DNA of 64,000 nucleotides from Alphaproteobacteria bacterium (GCA_015062235.1 SUUZ01000004.1:17497-81496), one strand, 5' to 3'; counted from the stretch's first letter, positions 40,441-50,505 are shown. Translations and numbers: made by a program. The notes: generated from the letters alone by a model not told the origin.

Positions 40441-40633
40441 TTTTAATAACAATGAAGATACCAAGTTATCCCAAGTTTAGAATTAATTGTTTGAGATATA
40501 GTTAATAATATAAGCCTTTTTTAGAGTAAATTTATAAAATTTTGCACAAAATTTTTAATTAACCATTTGAAATTTTCAAATCAATGATGTAATGTTAGCG
40601 GTAAGTTGAATATGAGTATTTTGAGGAAATAAA

Positions 40634-41986
40634 ATGAAAAAAACACTTTTAACAGTATTATTGATTTCTACATCTTTAGGCTTTTCAACATTAGCTCATG
40701 CTGATGATATATTTGCTGTTTTGGCACAAACTTATGCATCTAATCCTACGTTGCAAGCTGAACGTGCATATCTCCGCTCGGTTGATGAAAATGTTGCTTT
40801 GGCTAAGTCTGGATATCGCCCAAATTTAAGCCTTCAGGCAGGATATCGTGATGGTGAAAACAAAATAAAAAAAGGTGTTGGTAATGGTGGCGAATATAAT
40901 AATTTAAGCGGAGCTGCTGTTGTATCTCAACCAGTATTCAGTGGTTTTTCAACTGTAAATTCTGTTAAAGCGGCTGATCGTAATGTTAAGGCAGCTCAAA
41001 ATAATCTTGCAAATATTGAGCAAAATGTTTTGCTTAGTGCCTCTACTGCTTATTTGGATGTCGTCCAAAACAGAGCAATTGTTGAATTGCAAAAAAATAA
41101 CGAGGAACTTTTGCAAAAGAAACTTGATGAAACATTAGAACGTTTTAAAGTTGGTGAAGTTACTCGTACAGATGTTTCTCAGGCTCGTGCACGTCATTCT
41201 CAAGCTGTTTCTGATCGCATTGCGTCTGAAGGAACATTACAAGCATCTATTGCAGCTTATGTTGAACTCATTGGTGCAGAACCAACTGAATTAACCGAAC
41301 CTACACAAATTAAAAATCTTGTTCCAACAAGCTATGATAGCGCTTTGGATGTTGCATTGAAAAATAGCTATACAATTAAACAAGCTCAGCATTTATATGC
41401 AGCTAGAGGATATGAAGTATATGCTAATACGGGTGCTTTGTTCCCAACATTAACTCTTGATGGATCGCTAAGTCGTAATAAGTCTGAACAAGAAGCTTTT
41501 GACACAACAACCAACAATGCTGAATGGGGAGTTAATTTGAATATTCCTCTTTATACAGGAGGAGCTACCAGAGCTAAAATACGACAGAGCAAATATTTGA
41601 AATGGCAAGCCCAAGAAGGTGTTTTGGAAGCTAAACGTTCGGTTAAGGCCGCTGTTCAAAGTGCTTGGGAATATATGAAATCTAATGAATCTCAACTCAA
41701 GGCTATTGAGGCGCAAATTAATGCCAATGCTATTGCCCTAGAAGGTGTACAAAAAGAAGAAGCTTTGGGTAATCGTACAATTTTAGATGTTTTAGATGCT
41801 TATCAAGAGTTGCTTAACTCTAAGGTAAATGATGTTAAAGCACGTCGTACATATTATGTTTCGGCAATGAATTTACTTGCTTCTATGGGTAAAATGACAG
41901 CCAAAGAATTAAAACTTGATGTCGAACTTTATGATGCTGAAAAGCACTATAAAAATACGAAAGGTAAGTGGCTTTCTCTTAATTAG
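40634..41986 (+). CDS. tolC: TolC-family outer membrane efflux protein
   Basis: 450 aa with a signal peptide and two tandem OEP repeats. Conserved tolC-popZ-valS synteny. Confidence 0.85.
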   Translation: MKKTLLTVLLISTSLGFSTLAHADDIFAVLAQTYASNPTLQAERAYLRSVDENVALAKSGYRPNLSLQAGYRDGENKIKKGVGNGGEYNNLSGAAVVSQPVFSGFSTVNSVKAADRNVKAAQNNLANIEQNVLLSASTAYLDVVQNRAIVELQKNNEELLQKKLDETLERFKVGEVTRTDVSQARARHSQAVSDRIASEGTLQASIAAYVELIGAEPTELTEPTQIKNLVPTSYDSALDVALKNSYTIKQAQHLYAARGYEVYANTGALFPTLTLDGSLSRNKSEQEAFDTTTNNAEWGVNLNIPLYTGGATRAKIRQSKYLKWQAQEGVLEAKRSVKAAVQSAWEYMKSNESQLKAIEAQINANAIALEGVQKEEALGNRTILDVLDAYQELLNSKVNDVKARRTYYVSAMNLLASMGKMTAKELKLDVELYDAEKHYKNTKGKWLSLN

Positions 41987-42062
41987 TGATAAAGATGCTT
42001 GATTAAAGGAAATTTTTTATATAACATAACAGGCAGATAAAATAAAAATGGAAGTTATACCT

Positions 42063-43148
42063 ATGGCTGAAGATAATCAAAATAGCGAAATGGAAGATAT
42101 TTTGTCTTCAATAAAAAATATTTTGGAAGAAGATGAACAACGCCAAAAAAATCAGAATACCATTGATGTTTTGGATGATGTTCTTGCTGATGCAACTGAT
42201 GATGTGGATGATATTTTAGAGCTTTCTCCTGATATGCGTATTGAGGAAAAAGCAGAAGTTAACGCAGAATTGCAAAATGATAATGCTCCTGAGATAGATG
42301 TTTTTGCCGATATTGATTTGCCAAATAACAACACTACAGAACCAGAATTTGTTATTGATGAACCTGTTGGCACAATAGATGATATTCCAGAGGTTGTTGT
42401 TAATGACGAGCATTTGCCTTTAGCCAATGACCAAGATGAAGTTTTACAAACAAACGATGATAGCTTCATTGACGATATTACACCAATAGAAGACATTCTT
42501 GCAGAAGATAACAATAATCAGTATGTAGACAATACCATAGAAGACCGTCCTAATACTAATTTTGAAACAACTTTGCCAGAAGAATTGTCTTTTGAAAATT
42601 TGTCAGATAACAAGGTTGACGATATTGTTGTTGATAAATTTGAAGAAATAGGTCAAGCTCCTGCAATTGTTGACGAACCTATAATGCCTGAACAAATAGA
42701 GCTTGTTGAAAATGCGATTGTTGCTGATGCCCCTGCAATAATTGAAAATGCTGAAGTTATTGATAAACCTATAGCAATTAAAGAAACTCCTGTTGTTGAG
42801 AAAACAGAAACCCAAAAAAGTGATGCGTCTTCTAAATTAATAAGTAGCTTTGCCAAAATGTTTTCTCGTGAAGAAGCAACTGTTGAAGAAAAAGTAGCAA
42901 CGACCGAAAACATTATCGCTGTAGGTAATGCTCAAAAAACTTTAGAAGAATTTGTTTTGGAAGCAATTACCAAAGTTATCGGTAACGAAATTAGCTATAA
43001 ATGGAACAAAGGTGAAGATTTTCGTACTTATGCTGAAGCAGAAATAAATCATCAAATAAGTGCTTGGGTCAATGAAAACCTTCCATCAATGGTTGAAAAC
43101 ATTATCAAACAAGAAATTCAACGAGTGATTGCAAAGGTTGGTTCTTAA
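42063..43148 (+). CDS. popZ: PopZ-like polar organising protein (DUF2497)
   Basis: N-terminus MAEDNQNSEMEDILSSIKNILEEDE matches the PopZ N-terminal helix (..MEEILASIRRIISEDD). It has a long acidic low-complexity middle and a conserved C-terminal DUF2497-like region, in the classic position between tolC and valS. Confidence 0.7.
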   Translation: MAEDNQNSEMEDILSSIKNILEEDEQRQKNQNTIDVLDDVLADATDDVDDILELSPDMRIEEKAEVNAELQNDNAPEIDVFADIDLPNNNTTEPEFVIDEPVGTIDDIPEVVVNDEHLPLANDQDEVLQTNDDSFIDDITPIEDILAEDNNNQYVDNTIEDRPNTNFETTLPEELSFENLSDNKVDDIVVDKFEEIGQAPAIVDEPIMPEQIELVENAIVADAPAIIENAEVIDKPIAIKETPVVEKTETQKSDASSKLISSFAKMFSREEATVEEKVATTENIIAVGNAQKTLEEFVLEAITKVIGNEISYKWNKGEDFRTYAEAEINHQISAWVNENLPSMVENIIKQEIQRVIAKVGS

Positions 43149-43256
43149 AAAAGCTTTTATTGCCTGAACCGACCTCATTATTTAATGCCCATAAAGTGCG
43201 AAAGCTTTTTGGGCATAGCGTTTAGTAATATCACTCAAAATTTGTAGGATGAAAAA

Positions 43257-45893
43257 ATGTTAGAAAAAAATTATAACCCCAAAGATTTCGAAGAAAAAAT
43301 TTATGCCCAATGGGAAAATGATTGCGATTTTAAAGCCAACGCCAAAGATGATAAAGATTCTTTTTGTATTGTAATTCCACCGCCAAATGTTACAGGTGTT
43401 TTACACATGGGACATGCCTTAGACTATACATTGCAGGATATATTGATTCGTTATAATCGTATGCTTGGCAAAAATGTTTTGTGGCAACCAGGAACAGACC
43501 ATGCGGGCATTGCAACTCAGATGGTGGTTGAACGTAATTTGGCGCAACAAGGATTGACTCGCCATGATTTAGGACGTGAAAAATTTATTGAAACAGTATG
43601 GAAGTGGAAAGAGCAATCGGGTGGTACTATTTGTAAACAACTTCGCCGTTTGGGTGCATCTTGTGATTGGTCTAGAGAACGCTTTACTATGGATGAAGGT
43701 TTGAGCCGTGCTGTTCGCAAAATATTTGTAAACTTGTATAAAGATGGCCTTATATATAAAGCTAAAAAATTGGTAAACTGGGATTCCAAATTTATGACCG
43801 CAGTTTCTGATTTGGAAGTTATTCAAAAAGAGTGCATTGGTAAAATGTATTATTATCGTTATCCTATTGAAGGAGAAGATAGTCAATATGTTCATATTGC
43901 TACAACTCGTCCAGAAACAATGTTTGGCGATACAGCTGTTGCTATTTCTAAAGACAACGAAAAATTAAAACATCTTATCGGCAAAAATTGTATTATTCCG
44001 ATTATCAATAGGTCGATTCCTATTATTGCCGATGATCATGCCGACCCTGAAAAAGGAACTGGAGCTGTTAAAATTACTCCAGCACATGATTTTAATGACT
44101 TTGAAGTTGGAAAACGCCATAATTTGCCATTGATAAATGTTTTAAACCCTGATGCAACTTTGAATGAAAATACTCCATATTCAGGAATGACAACTCAAGA
44201 AGCTCGTGCTAAAACAATTGAGGCATTAAACGAACTTGGTCTAATGGATAAAATTGAAGATCATCCTATGGTTATTCCTTACGGAGATCGTTCAGGTGTT
44301 GTGATTGAGCCTTTAATGACAGACCAATGGTTTGTAGATGCACCTGTTTTGGCAAAAGAAGCTTTGCGTGTTGTTGAACAAGGTGAAATGGAATTTATTC
44401 CTAAATCTTATGAAAAAACATATTTTGAATGGATGAGAAATATTCAACCATGGTGTATTTCTCGCCAACTTTGGTGGGGACATCAAATGCCGATTTGGTA
44501 TGGACCAGATGGACACATTTTCTGTGAAGAAAATGAAGAAGAAGCTCAGGCTGAGGCAGATAAGTTTTATGGAAAACATGAAAAATTAACACGAGAAACC
44601 GATGTTTTAGATACGTGGTTTTCATCAGGATTGTGGGCTTTTTCAACACTTGGTTGGCCAGATAAAACAGAATTTTTAGATACTTTCTATCCAACATCTG
44701 TTTTGGTTACTGGTTTTGACATTATTTTCTTCTGGGTTGCTCGTATGATGATGATGAGCATGTATATGATGAAAAAAGTTCCATTTAAGAAATGCTATAT
44801 CCATGGACTTGTTCGTGATGAACATGGTCAAAAGATGTCAAAATCTAAAGGCAATACTGTCGATCCTATGGAAACAGTAGAAAAATATGGAGCTGATGCT
44901 CTTCGTTTCTTTATGGCCGCAATGGAAACCCAAGGTCGTGATATTAATATGAGTGAAGCTCGTATTGCTGGTTATCGTAATTTTGCTACCAAATTATGGA
45001 ATGCTGCTCGTTTTGGCGAAATGAATGAAGCTAAACCTGTTGCTAATTTTAATCCAGACAATGTTACTTTGGCTGTAAATAAATGGATTATAGCCAAAGC
45101 AAAAGAAGTTACTTTTGAGGTTAGTCGTAATATAGAAGCTTATCGCTTTTCGGATTCTGCTAACAGTATCTATCAATTTGTTTGGGGTACATTCTGCGAT
45201 TGGTATATCGAAATGATTAAGCCTATTTTATATGGTGAAGATGAAAATTCTAAAGCGGAAACAAGGACAACATTTGCTTGGGTATTAGATAGAATATTGG
45301 TTGTTTTGCATCCATTTATGCCATTTGTAACAACTCAACTTTGGAATAGTTTAGCACAACGTGATGTTAAGCTTATTCATCATTCATGGCCAAAAGATAA
45401 AAATGTTGATAATCAAGCTAAAGCCGCTATTGATTGGGTTATTGATGCTGTTTCAACAATTCGTTCGCTTCGTGCTGAGATGAATCTGCCTGCAGGCGCT
45501 AAACTTAAAGCTTATCTAAAAGAAGCTTCAACAGATATTTTGTCATATGCTAAAGATTTTTCTAGCATAATCTGTTCTTTGGCTCGTTTAGATAGTATTG
45601 ATATTTTGCAAGGAGAAATTACTCCAGATATGGTTCAAACCGTATGTCAAGGTACAATAATATTGCTTCCTTTAAAAGGAATAGTAGATTTTTCTCAAGA
45701 ACGTGAGCGCTTGCAAAAAGAATTATCAATATTAGAAAAAAATTTGGCAGGATATGCTGCTAAACTATCCAATGCTAACTTTGTTGAACGAGCTCCAACA
45801 AAGGTTGTTGAAGAAGAGAAAAAACGCCAAGCCGAAGCTTTAGAAAACAAAGCCAAAGTAGAAGCAGCATTATCACGCATTGCTAATTTGTAA
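43257..45893 (+). CDS. valS: valine--tRNA ligase
   Basis: 878 aa with PPPNVTGVLHMGHAL (HIGH), KMSKSKGN (KMSKS), editing domain and C-terminal coiled coil. Confidence 0.95.
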   Translation: MLEKNYNPKDFEEKIYAQWENDCDFKANAKDDKDSFCIVIPPPNVTGVLHMGHALDYTLQDILIRYNRMLGKNVLWQPGTDHAGIATQMVVERNLAQQGLTRHDLGREKFIETVWKWKEQSGGTICKQLRRLGASCDWSRERFTMDEGLSRAVRKIFVNLYKDGLIYKAKKLVNWDSKFMTAVSDLEVIQKECIGKMYYYRYPIEGEDSQYVHIATTRPETMFGDTAVAISKDNEKLKHLIGKNCIIPIINRSIPIIADDHADPEKGTGAVKITPAHDFNDFEVGKRHNLPLINVLNPDATLNENTPYSGMTTQEARAKTIEALNELGLMDKIEDHPMVIPYGDRSGVVIEPLMTDQWFVDAPVLAKEALRVVEQGEMEFIPKSYEKTYFEWMRNIQPWCISRQLWWGHQMPIWYGPDGHIFCEENEEEAQAEADKFYGKHEKLTRETDVLDTWFSSGLWAFSTLGWPDKTEFLDTFYPTSVLVTGFDIIFFWVARMMMMSMYMMKKVPFKKCYIHGLVRDEHGQKMSKSKGNTVDPMETVEKYGADALRFFMAAMETQGRDINMSEARIAGYRNFATKLWNAARFGEMNEAKPVANFNPDNVTLAVNKWIIAKAKEVTFEVSRNIEAYRFSDSANSIYQFVWGTFCDWYIEMIKPILYGEDENSKAETRTTFAWVLDRILVVLHPFMPFVTTQLWNSLAQRDVKLIHHSWPKDKNVDNQAKAAIDWVIDAVSTIRSLRAEMNLPAGAKLKAYLKEASTDILSYAKDFSSIICSLARLDSIDILQGEITPDMVQTVCQGTIILLPLKGIVDFSQERERLQKELSILEKNLAGYAAKLSNANFVERAPTKVVEEEKKRQAEALENKAKVEAALSRIANL

Positions 45894-45917
45894 AATAAAT
45901 CTTCTAAACAACAATAA

Positions 45918-45954
45918 AATTCCCTTCAATAAAAATTATTGAAGGGAATTTTGT
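45918..45954. terminator. bidirectional hairpin terminator between valS and the convergent DUF1013 gene
   Basis: AATTCCCTTCAAT-aaaaatt-ATTGAAGGGAATT, a 13-bp perfect stem with T/A runs on both sides. Confidence 0.7.
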
Positions 45955-45968
45955 AGATAGACTGTATT

Positions 45969-46724
45969 TTATTTTTTAGTAGTTTTCTTTGTTGTTGCTT
46001 TTTTTGCTGTTGTTTTCTTAGTTGTAGTCGTTTTTTTAGCAACAGTTTTTTTTGTTGTTGATTTTTTAGCAACCTTCTTTTTGGTTGTTTCTTTTTTAGT
46101 TGTAGTTTTTTTAGCCAAAGATTTTTTTACAGCGTTTTTTTTGGTTACTGTCTTTTTAGCCGCTACCTTCTTTTTAGTTGGTTTTGCCTTTTTTTCTGCC
46201 TTTGGTTTTGGCTGTGATGCCAATAATGCCTTTTCAATATCGATTTCTGAACACAAACCAATAGTAACTGGATTCTTAGGACGAATATTTGCAAAATCTT
46301 TGTGTGAACCATCACGAATGGATGCGATGGTACTTTTAGTTGTACCAATTAATTTGCAAACGTAGGTATCTTTTATTTGTGGATAGTTTTTTAAAACCCA
46401 CAGAATTGCATTTGGTTTGTCTTGACGCTGAGATGGTGACAAAACTTTTTTGGCTTTTTGATTGCGCAATTTAACATTGCGTTCCATTTGGGCTGCTTCA
46501 AGATTAGCTTTTTTATCAGCTTCACAACGGCGAATTTCTTCCCATGTAAGCTGTCCATTATCTATTGGTGAAAGACCACGAATATTACTAGAAACATCGC
46601 CGTCTGCCATAGCTTGGATTTCAAGCTCATGAATTTCACAAAAAACAGCTATTTGACGAAATGTCAAAGTTGTATTTTCAACAAGCCATACTGCTGTTGC
46701 ACGAGGCATTAAAGGAGCTGTCAT
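45969..46724 (-). CDS. conserved alphaproteobacterial protein (DUF1013-like) with Lys/Thr-rich histone-H1-like C-terminal tail
   Basis: Globular N-terminal ~170 aa, then ~80 aa of KKxT/KKTT repeats (KKTVTKKNAVKKSLAKKTTTKKETTKKKVAKK...). The underlying DNA is low-complexity T/G repeats. Confidence 0.55.
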   Translation of the reverse strand: MTAPLMPRATAVWLVENTTLTFRQIAVFCEIHELEIQAMADGDVSSNIRGLSPIDNGQLTWEEIRRCEADKKANLEAAQMERNVKLRNQKAKKVLSPSQRQDKPNAILWVLKNYPQIKDTYVCKLIGTTKSTIASIRDGSHKDFANIRPKNPVTIGLCSEIDIEKALLASQPKPKAEKKAKPTKKKVAAKKTVTKKNAVKKSLAKKTTTKKETTKKKVAKKSTTKKTVAKKTTTTKKTTAKKATTKKTTKK

Positions 46725-46825
46725 ATTTTATATCCTTTCTATAAATAACAATCATCATAAAAAACTGCCTACAGGATAGTTTTTTTATTCGAAATATACA
46801 AGTTTTTTTTATCGCTTTAGAGCAT

Positions 46826-48442
46826 TTAATATTTTAGTTTATAAAGTTCTTCGTTTATTCCTGTTCCTTTAAGAAGTTTATCCCCTAAAAACTCTACTTC
46901 ATATCCATCACCATCAAGAAGTAACGCAATATCTTTTATAACAATAATTTCATTGTTATAAATATGTTCAAAAATATCTAAAATATATGTATTTAAGTTG
47001 GGCTCAATTGAAGTATCTGCTTTAGTTATAGCACAGCAATTGCGTAAAATTTTACGTTCATCATTATTTTCTTCATTATACATGGCTATGTCTTTTAGAT
47101 ATTCAATAGCAAACTTGGCAGCATCACGAATTTTGACAAAATCAACTGTAGTAATACCATTATCTTCAATAATGTTTTGACCATTGTATTTATCGACCTG
47201 TTTAGAAATAATGGTTCTTATGGTAGCACTAGTCTTACTGGCTATATCATCTTGATTAGGCATTGAGGCATCTAAAAACTTTAGATCACTTTTAATATTT
47301 ACACGATAGGCGATAACCTCTTTATTAGTAGCTATACTAATTTCTTCGCTAACAACTTCATCTTTATTTGATGAAACATTACTAGTATTACTATTTTCTA
47401 TTACTTTGTTACGAACAGCAGGATTCCTTTGTGCCTCCCATTTGTCAAATGCTTGATTTAATATTTTGGTATAAAGCTTTTGGTCATTAATAATTTGGTG
47501 CATTAAAAAAGCACCAATACCTGTTAAATAAATAGCTATCTTGTTATCACTGTAACTCTGCTTAGCTTCATAAAATTCTTCTAAATCTGCTTTATCACCA
47601 TCAGTAATTTTAAAAGCATCAAATAATATTGAGTTTGCTTCACTAAGTTTTAAACCTCCATATCTACCAAGTTCTAAACATGCGCCAAAAAGTAATAGTT
47701 TAACACCCATTTTAGAAAATTGATTTTGTAAAGCTGATCTAACATTAAGGTTAGATAAAATTTCGCTCAAAAAATAAATAAGATATTGTTTATATTCTAT
47801 AGGAGCTTCTGGATATGCAGAAACTTTTAAGTTATTTATATTGGAGTTGATGTTATAGGCTTTAACTAAAGTCTGGGCTTTTTCAAAAAATTTTTCTTCC
47901 GCTACTTCCTTTTTATCGTTTTCTTCTTGATTTATAAAGATATACCATGGAATATTTTTTAGTACCAACGGAATTGCCATAGCTAAAAATACAACAAAGA
48001 AAACAAAAAACATCAAAGAGCTGTTATTTTCTTCAGTTACAAAAATTTCTAGCAGTGGAAAAACTAGACTAACAAAAATATTGGCAAAAACCAAACTAAC
48101 GATGATTAATGCAAAAAATTTAATTATCGCTTTGTAAATGTTGCGGCGACTATCTGCAATATCTTGAACTACTTCATTTGATGACTTGTGATAATCGATT
48201 TTACTTAACGATTTTTTAGATCCTTTTTTATTATTGCCATTGCTTATATACTCAACAGCCTCTGTATAGGAACTATCTGTAATTTCAAAGGTTTCTTTGA
48301 TTATCTTTACTTTTACATTACTAGCCTCTTTTTCCTTTGCTAGTTGATAAGCTTCTGATCTCTGTTCTGTAGCAAATCTTTCTATGAGCTGCCAACCTGA
48401 ACCAGAATCAATATAAACCTCATAATGAGCAATTTTTGTCAT
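46826..48442 (-). CDS. hypothetical inner-membrane protein (538 aa, 4 predicted TM helices, large C-terminal domain)
   Basis: Two hydrophobic hairpins (residues ~105-170), otherwise soluble. No family recognised. Confidence 0.5.
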   Translation of the reverse strand: MTKIAHYEVYIDSGSGWQLIERFATEQRSEAYQLAKEKEASNVKVKIIKETFEITDSSYTEAVEYISNGNNKKGSKKSLSKIDYHKSSNEVVQDIADSRRNIYKAIIKFFALIIVSLVFANIFVSLVFPLLEIFVTEENNSSLMFFVFFVVFLAMAIPLVLKNIPWYIFINQEENDKKEVAEEKFFEKAQTLVKAYNINSNINNLKVSAYPEAPIEYKQYLIYFLSEILSNLNVRSALQNQFSKMGVKLLLFGACLELGRYGGLKLSEANSILFDAFKITDGDKADLEEFYEAKQSYSDNKIAIYLTGIGAFLMHQIINDQKLYTKILNQAFDKWEAQRNPAVRNKVIENSNTSNVSSNKDEVVSEEISIATNKEVIAYRVNIKSDLKFLDASMPNQDDIASKTSATIRTIISKQVDKYNGQNIIEDNGITTVDFVKIRDAAKFAIEYLKDIAMYNEENNDERKILRNCCAITKADTSIEPNLNTYILDIFEHIYNNEIIVIKDIALLLDGDGYEVEFLGDKLLKGTGINEELYKLKY

Positions 48443-48530
48443 TATTTTAATCCTATAGACAGTAAAACCTGCGCCTATGATAACAAGCGCAGGTTAATAA
48501 ATCGTAAGCTATATAAACAATTGGTGTATA

Positions 48531-48767
48531 TTATTCACTATCACCTGTTTTGATGCCAAAAGCACCAAATTTGCTTTTGAATTTAGAAAGCTGACCGCCA
48601 GTATCGACTAAACGACGAACACCTGTCCATACTGGGTGTGATTTTGGATCAACTTCCAAATTGATAACATCACCCTCTTTGCCCAAAGTTGAGCGAGTAG
48701 TATATTTTTGACCATCTGTCATTACATAAGTAATGTTGTGATAATCTGGATGAATACCTTTTTTCAT
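48531..48767 (-). CDS. rpmE: 50S ribosomal protein L31
   Basis: [27 protein letters not shown]... is the canonical L31 N-terminus (this copy lacks the CxxC zinc ribbon). Confidence 0.9.
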   Translation of the reverse strand: MKKGIHPDYHNITYVMTDGQKYTTRSTLGKEGDVINLEVDPKSHPVWTGVRRLVDTGGQLSKFKSKFGAFGIKTGDSE

Positions 48768-48862
48768 CTTTAAAAACTCCTGATTCTTACATTAAGCGCA
48801 ATAAATTTTATGCCCCTTATACATTATGGAATTAAATAACGCAAGCATTATTTAAATATTTT

Positions 48863-49732
48863 TTAATTTTTTTTGATTTCTTCAAGCTCAACAGTATTAA
48901 CTTTGTTTGAATTTGAGTTAATATTGATAACCTTTATACTAAAATTTTTATAACCTTGTTTAATTAGATAACCTCTTACTTCGACTGCACGATTAAGACT
49001 TACACGTTTTTTCTTAAAGCTGTCAACACCATCATCTAGATTATAAGAGTAAATAGCAATTTTGTTTGTATTTGTGTCTTCAAAACTTTTTATAATTGTA
49101 TCAATTTTACTCATTTGTTCTAAAGATAATTCATCAACACCTTCAGCAAAAGAAATTGAGTTTACAGCTGGTTCATAATTTGGTGTTGTAGGGATTAGAA
49201 GCTCTGGAGAAGCTGTTGTATCATCAGCCGTAGTATTGTCAGCTTCTGAAACTTTGCTTGGAACTGTATTTGTAGGCTCATTAGTTGCAGGAACAACAAC
49301 CGCAGGTAATGAGCTATCCTCTGTAGCTGTTGCTTTTAATTCAGCTTTTATATCACCAGATACAGCTTTATGATTGGAAGTACCTTGCTCTGATTCTATA
49401 ATTTTAGGTGTAGATAATGCATCAAAATTTACAGGTTTAGGCTCAACATCTACCACAACTATAGGTTCAACATCTACAACCTTAATGTCTTCTTTAGGCT
49501 TACTAATCTTGGCTTTGATAGCAGCTTTAGTACGAGTTTTAGATGCTTTTTTTACTTTTTTAATTACAGGCTTTGTTTTTTTAGGCAAAACAGGAAACAA
49601 AGGTTCTGAAGGAGCAATATAATTAGAAGTTAAACTATCCAACACAGATAAATCAACAACAACTTCATCTTGAGCATTAGCTACAGTACAAAAACTTAAG
49701 ACAATAACTAAAGCTAATCTTCCAAAACGCAT
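48863..49732 (-). CDS. OmpA-family (peptidoglycan-binding C-terminal domain) outer-membrane/periplasmic protein
   Basis: Signal peptide, a Pro/Thr/Val-rich linker, and a C-terminal OmpA-like domain (..VSLNRAVEVRGYLIKQG..). Confidence 0.6.
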   Translation of the reverse strand: MRFGRLALVIVLSFCTVANAQDEVVVDLSVLDSLTSNYIAPSEPLFPVLPKKTKPVIKKVKKASKTRTKAAIKAKISKPKEDIKVVDVEPIVVVDVEPKPVNFDALSTPKIIESEQGTSNHKAVSGDIKAELKATATEDSSLPAVVVPATNEPTNTVPSKVSEADNTTADDTTASPELLIPTTPNYEPAVNSISFAEGVDELSLEQMSKIDTIIKSFEDTNTNKIAIYSYNLDDGVDSFKKKRVSLNRAVEVRGYLIKQGYKNFSIKVININSNSNKVNTVELEEIKKN

Positions 49733-49746
49733 TGTTTCCTCCTTTT

Positions 49747-50505
49747 TTATTTTGCTAAATCGAACAATTTTTTACCAATATCGGAATTAGAGGCAATAAT
49801 ATTACCTGAGACTAATATTGCAGCAACATCTGCTGTTCTTATATCTTTTTGCTCTGCAGCAAAAACTTGTCCTCCAGCCTCTTTTACCAATAAAATACCT
49901 GCTGCTATGTCTGTAGCATCGTTATTAAAAGATACGATACCATCTAGTTTCCCAGACGCAAGATTTGCTAGATCAAGACTTGTTGCCCCATAATTACGAA
50001 TAGCCGATACTGATGTTGCTAATCTGTCTGGACCTGCAATTAGTGCTTGAGATAAGTCTTTACGAGCTGAAACGCGTAAACGCTCGTGATTACGATATCC
50101 TTCTTTAAATGCACCATTTCCCTTCTCAGCAAAAAATAAATCTGATGTTGCTGGATTGTAGATTACTGACGAGATAACATTTCCATCAACAACTTCAGCT
50201 ATACTAACTGCAAAATATGGAACTCCATGGATAAAATTTATGGCTCCATCTAGTGCTGAAACTAAAAAATGTGGAGCATTAGGAACTTTATCACCTTTAG
50301 CTACAACAGCATATTGAGGACGGCTCTTTTGCAATTCTGTTTGCAAAATTTTTAATGTACGATCCATTGCTGCCTTAGTAAATTCAGCATGACCTTTAAT
50401 AGATGTTTGTAATTTTTCAATTTCACTAAAATCACGAGAAAGCCCCCCCGTTGCTTTTTTAGCTATTGAAATTAACATATTAAGATTGGTTGAAATGTAT
50501 GACAT
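49747..50505 (-). CDS. inositol monophosphatase family protein (SuhB-like)
   Basis: LDGAINFIHGVPYFAVSIA matches the IMPase motif DPIDGT.NF..G.P.F.VSIA, plus a C-terminal WDxAAG-like region. Confidence 0.8.
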   Translation of the reverse strand: MSYISTNLNMLISIAKKATGGLSRDFSEIEKLQTSIKGHAEFTKAAMDRTLKILQTELQKSRPQYAVVAKGDKVPNAPHFLVSALDGAINFIHGVPYFAVSIAEVVDGNVISSVIYNPATSDLFFAEKGNGAFKEGYRNHERLRVSARKDLSQALIAGPDRLATSVSAIRNYGATSLDLANLASGKLDGIVSFNNDATDIAAGILLVKEAGGQVFAAEQKDIRTADVAAILVSGNIIASNSDIGKKLFDLAK

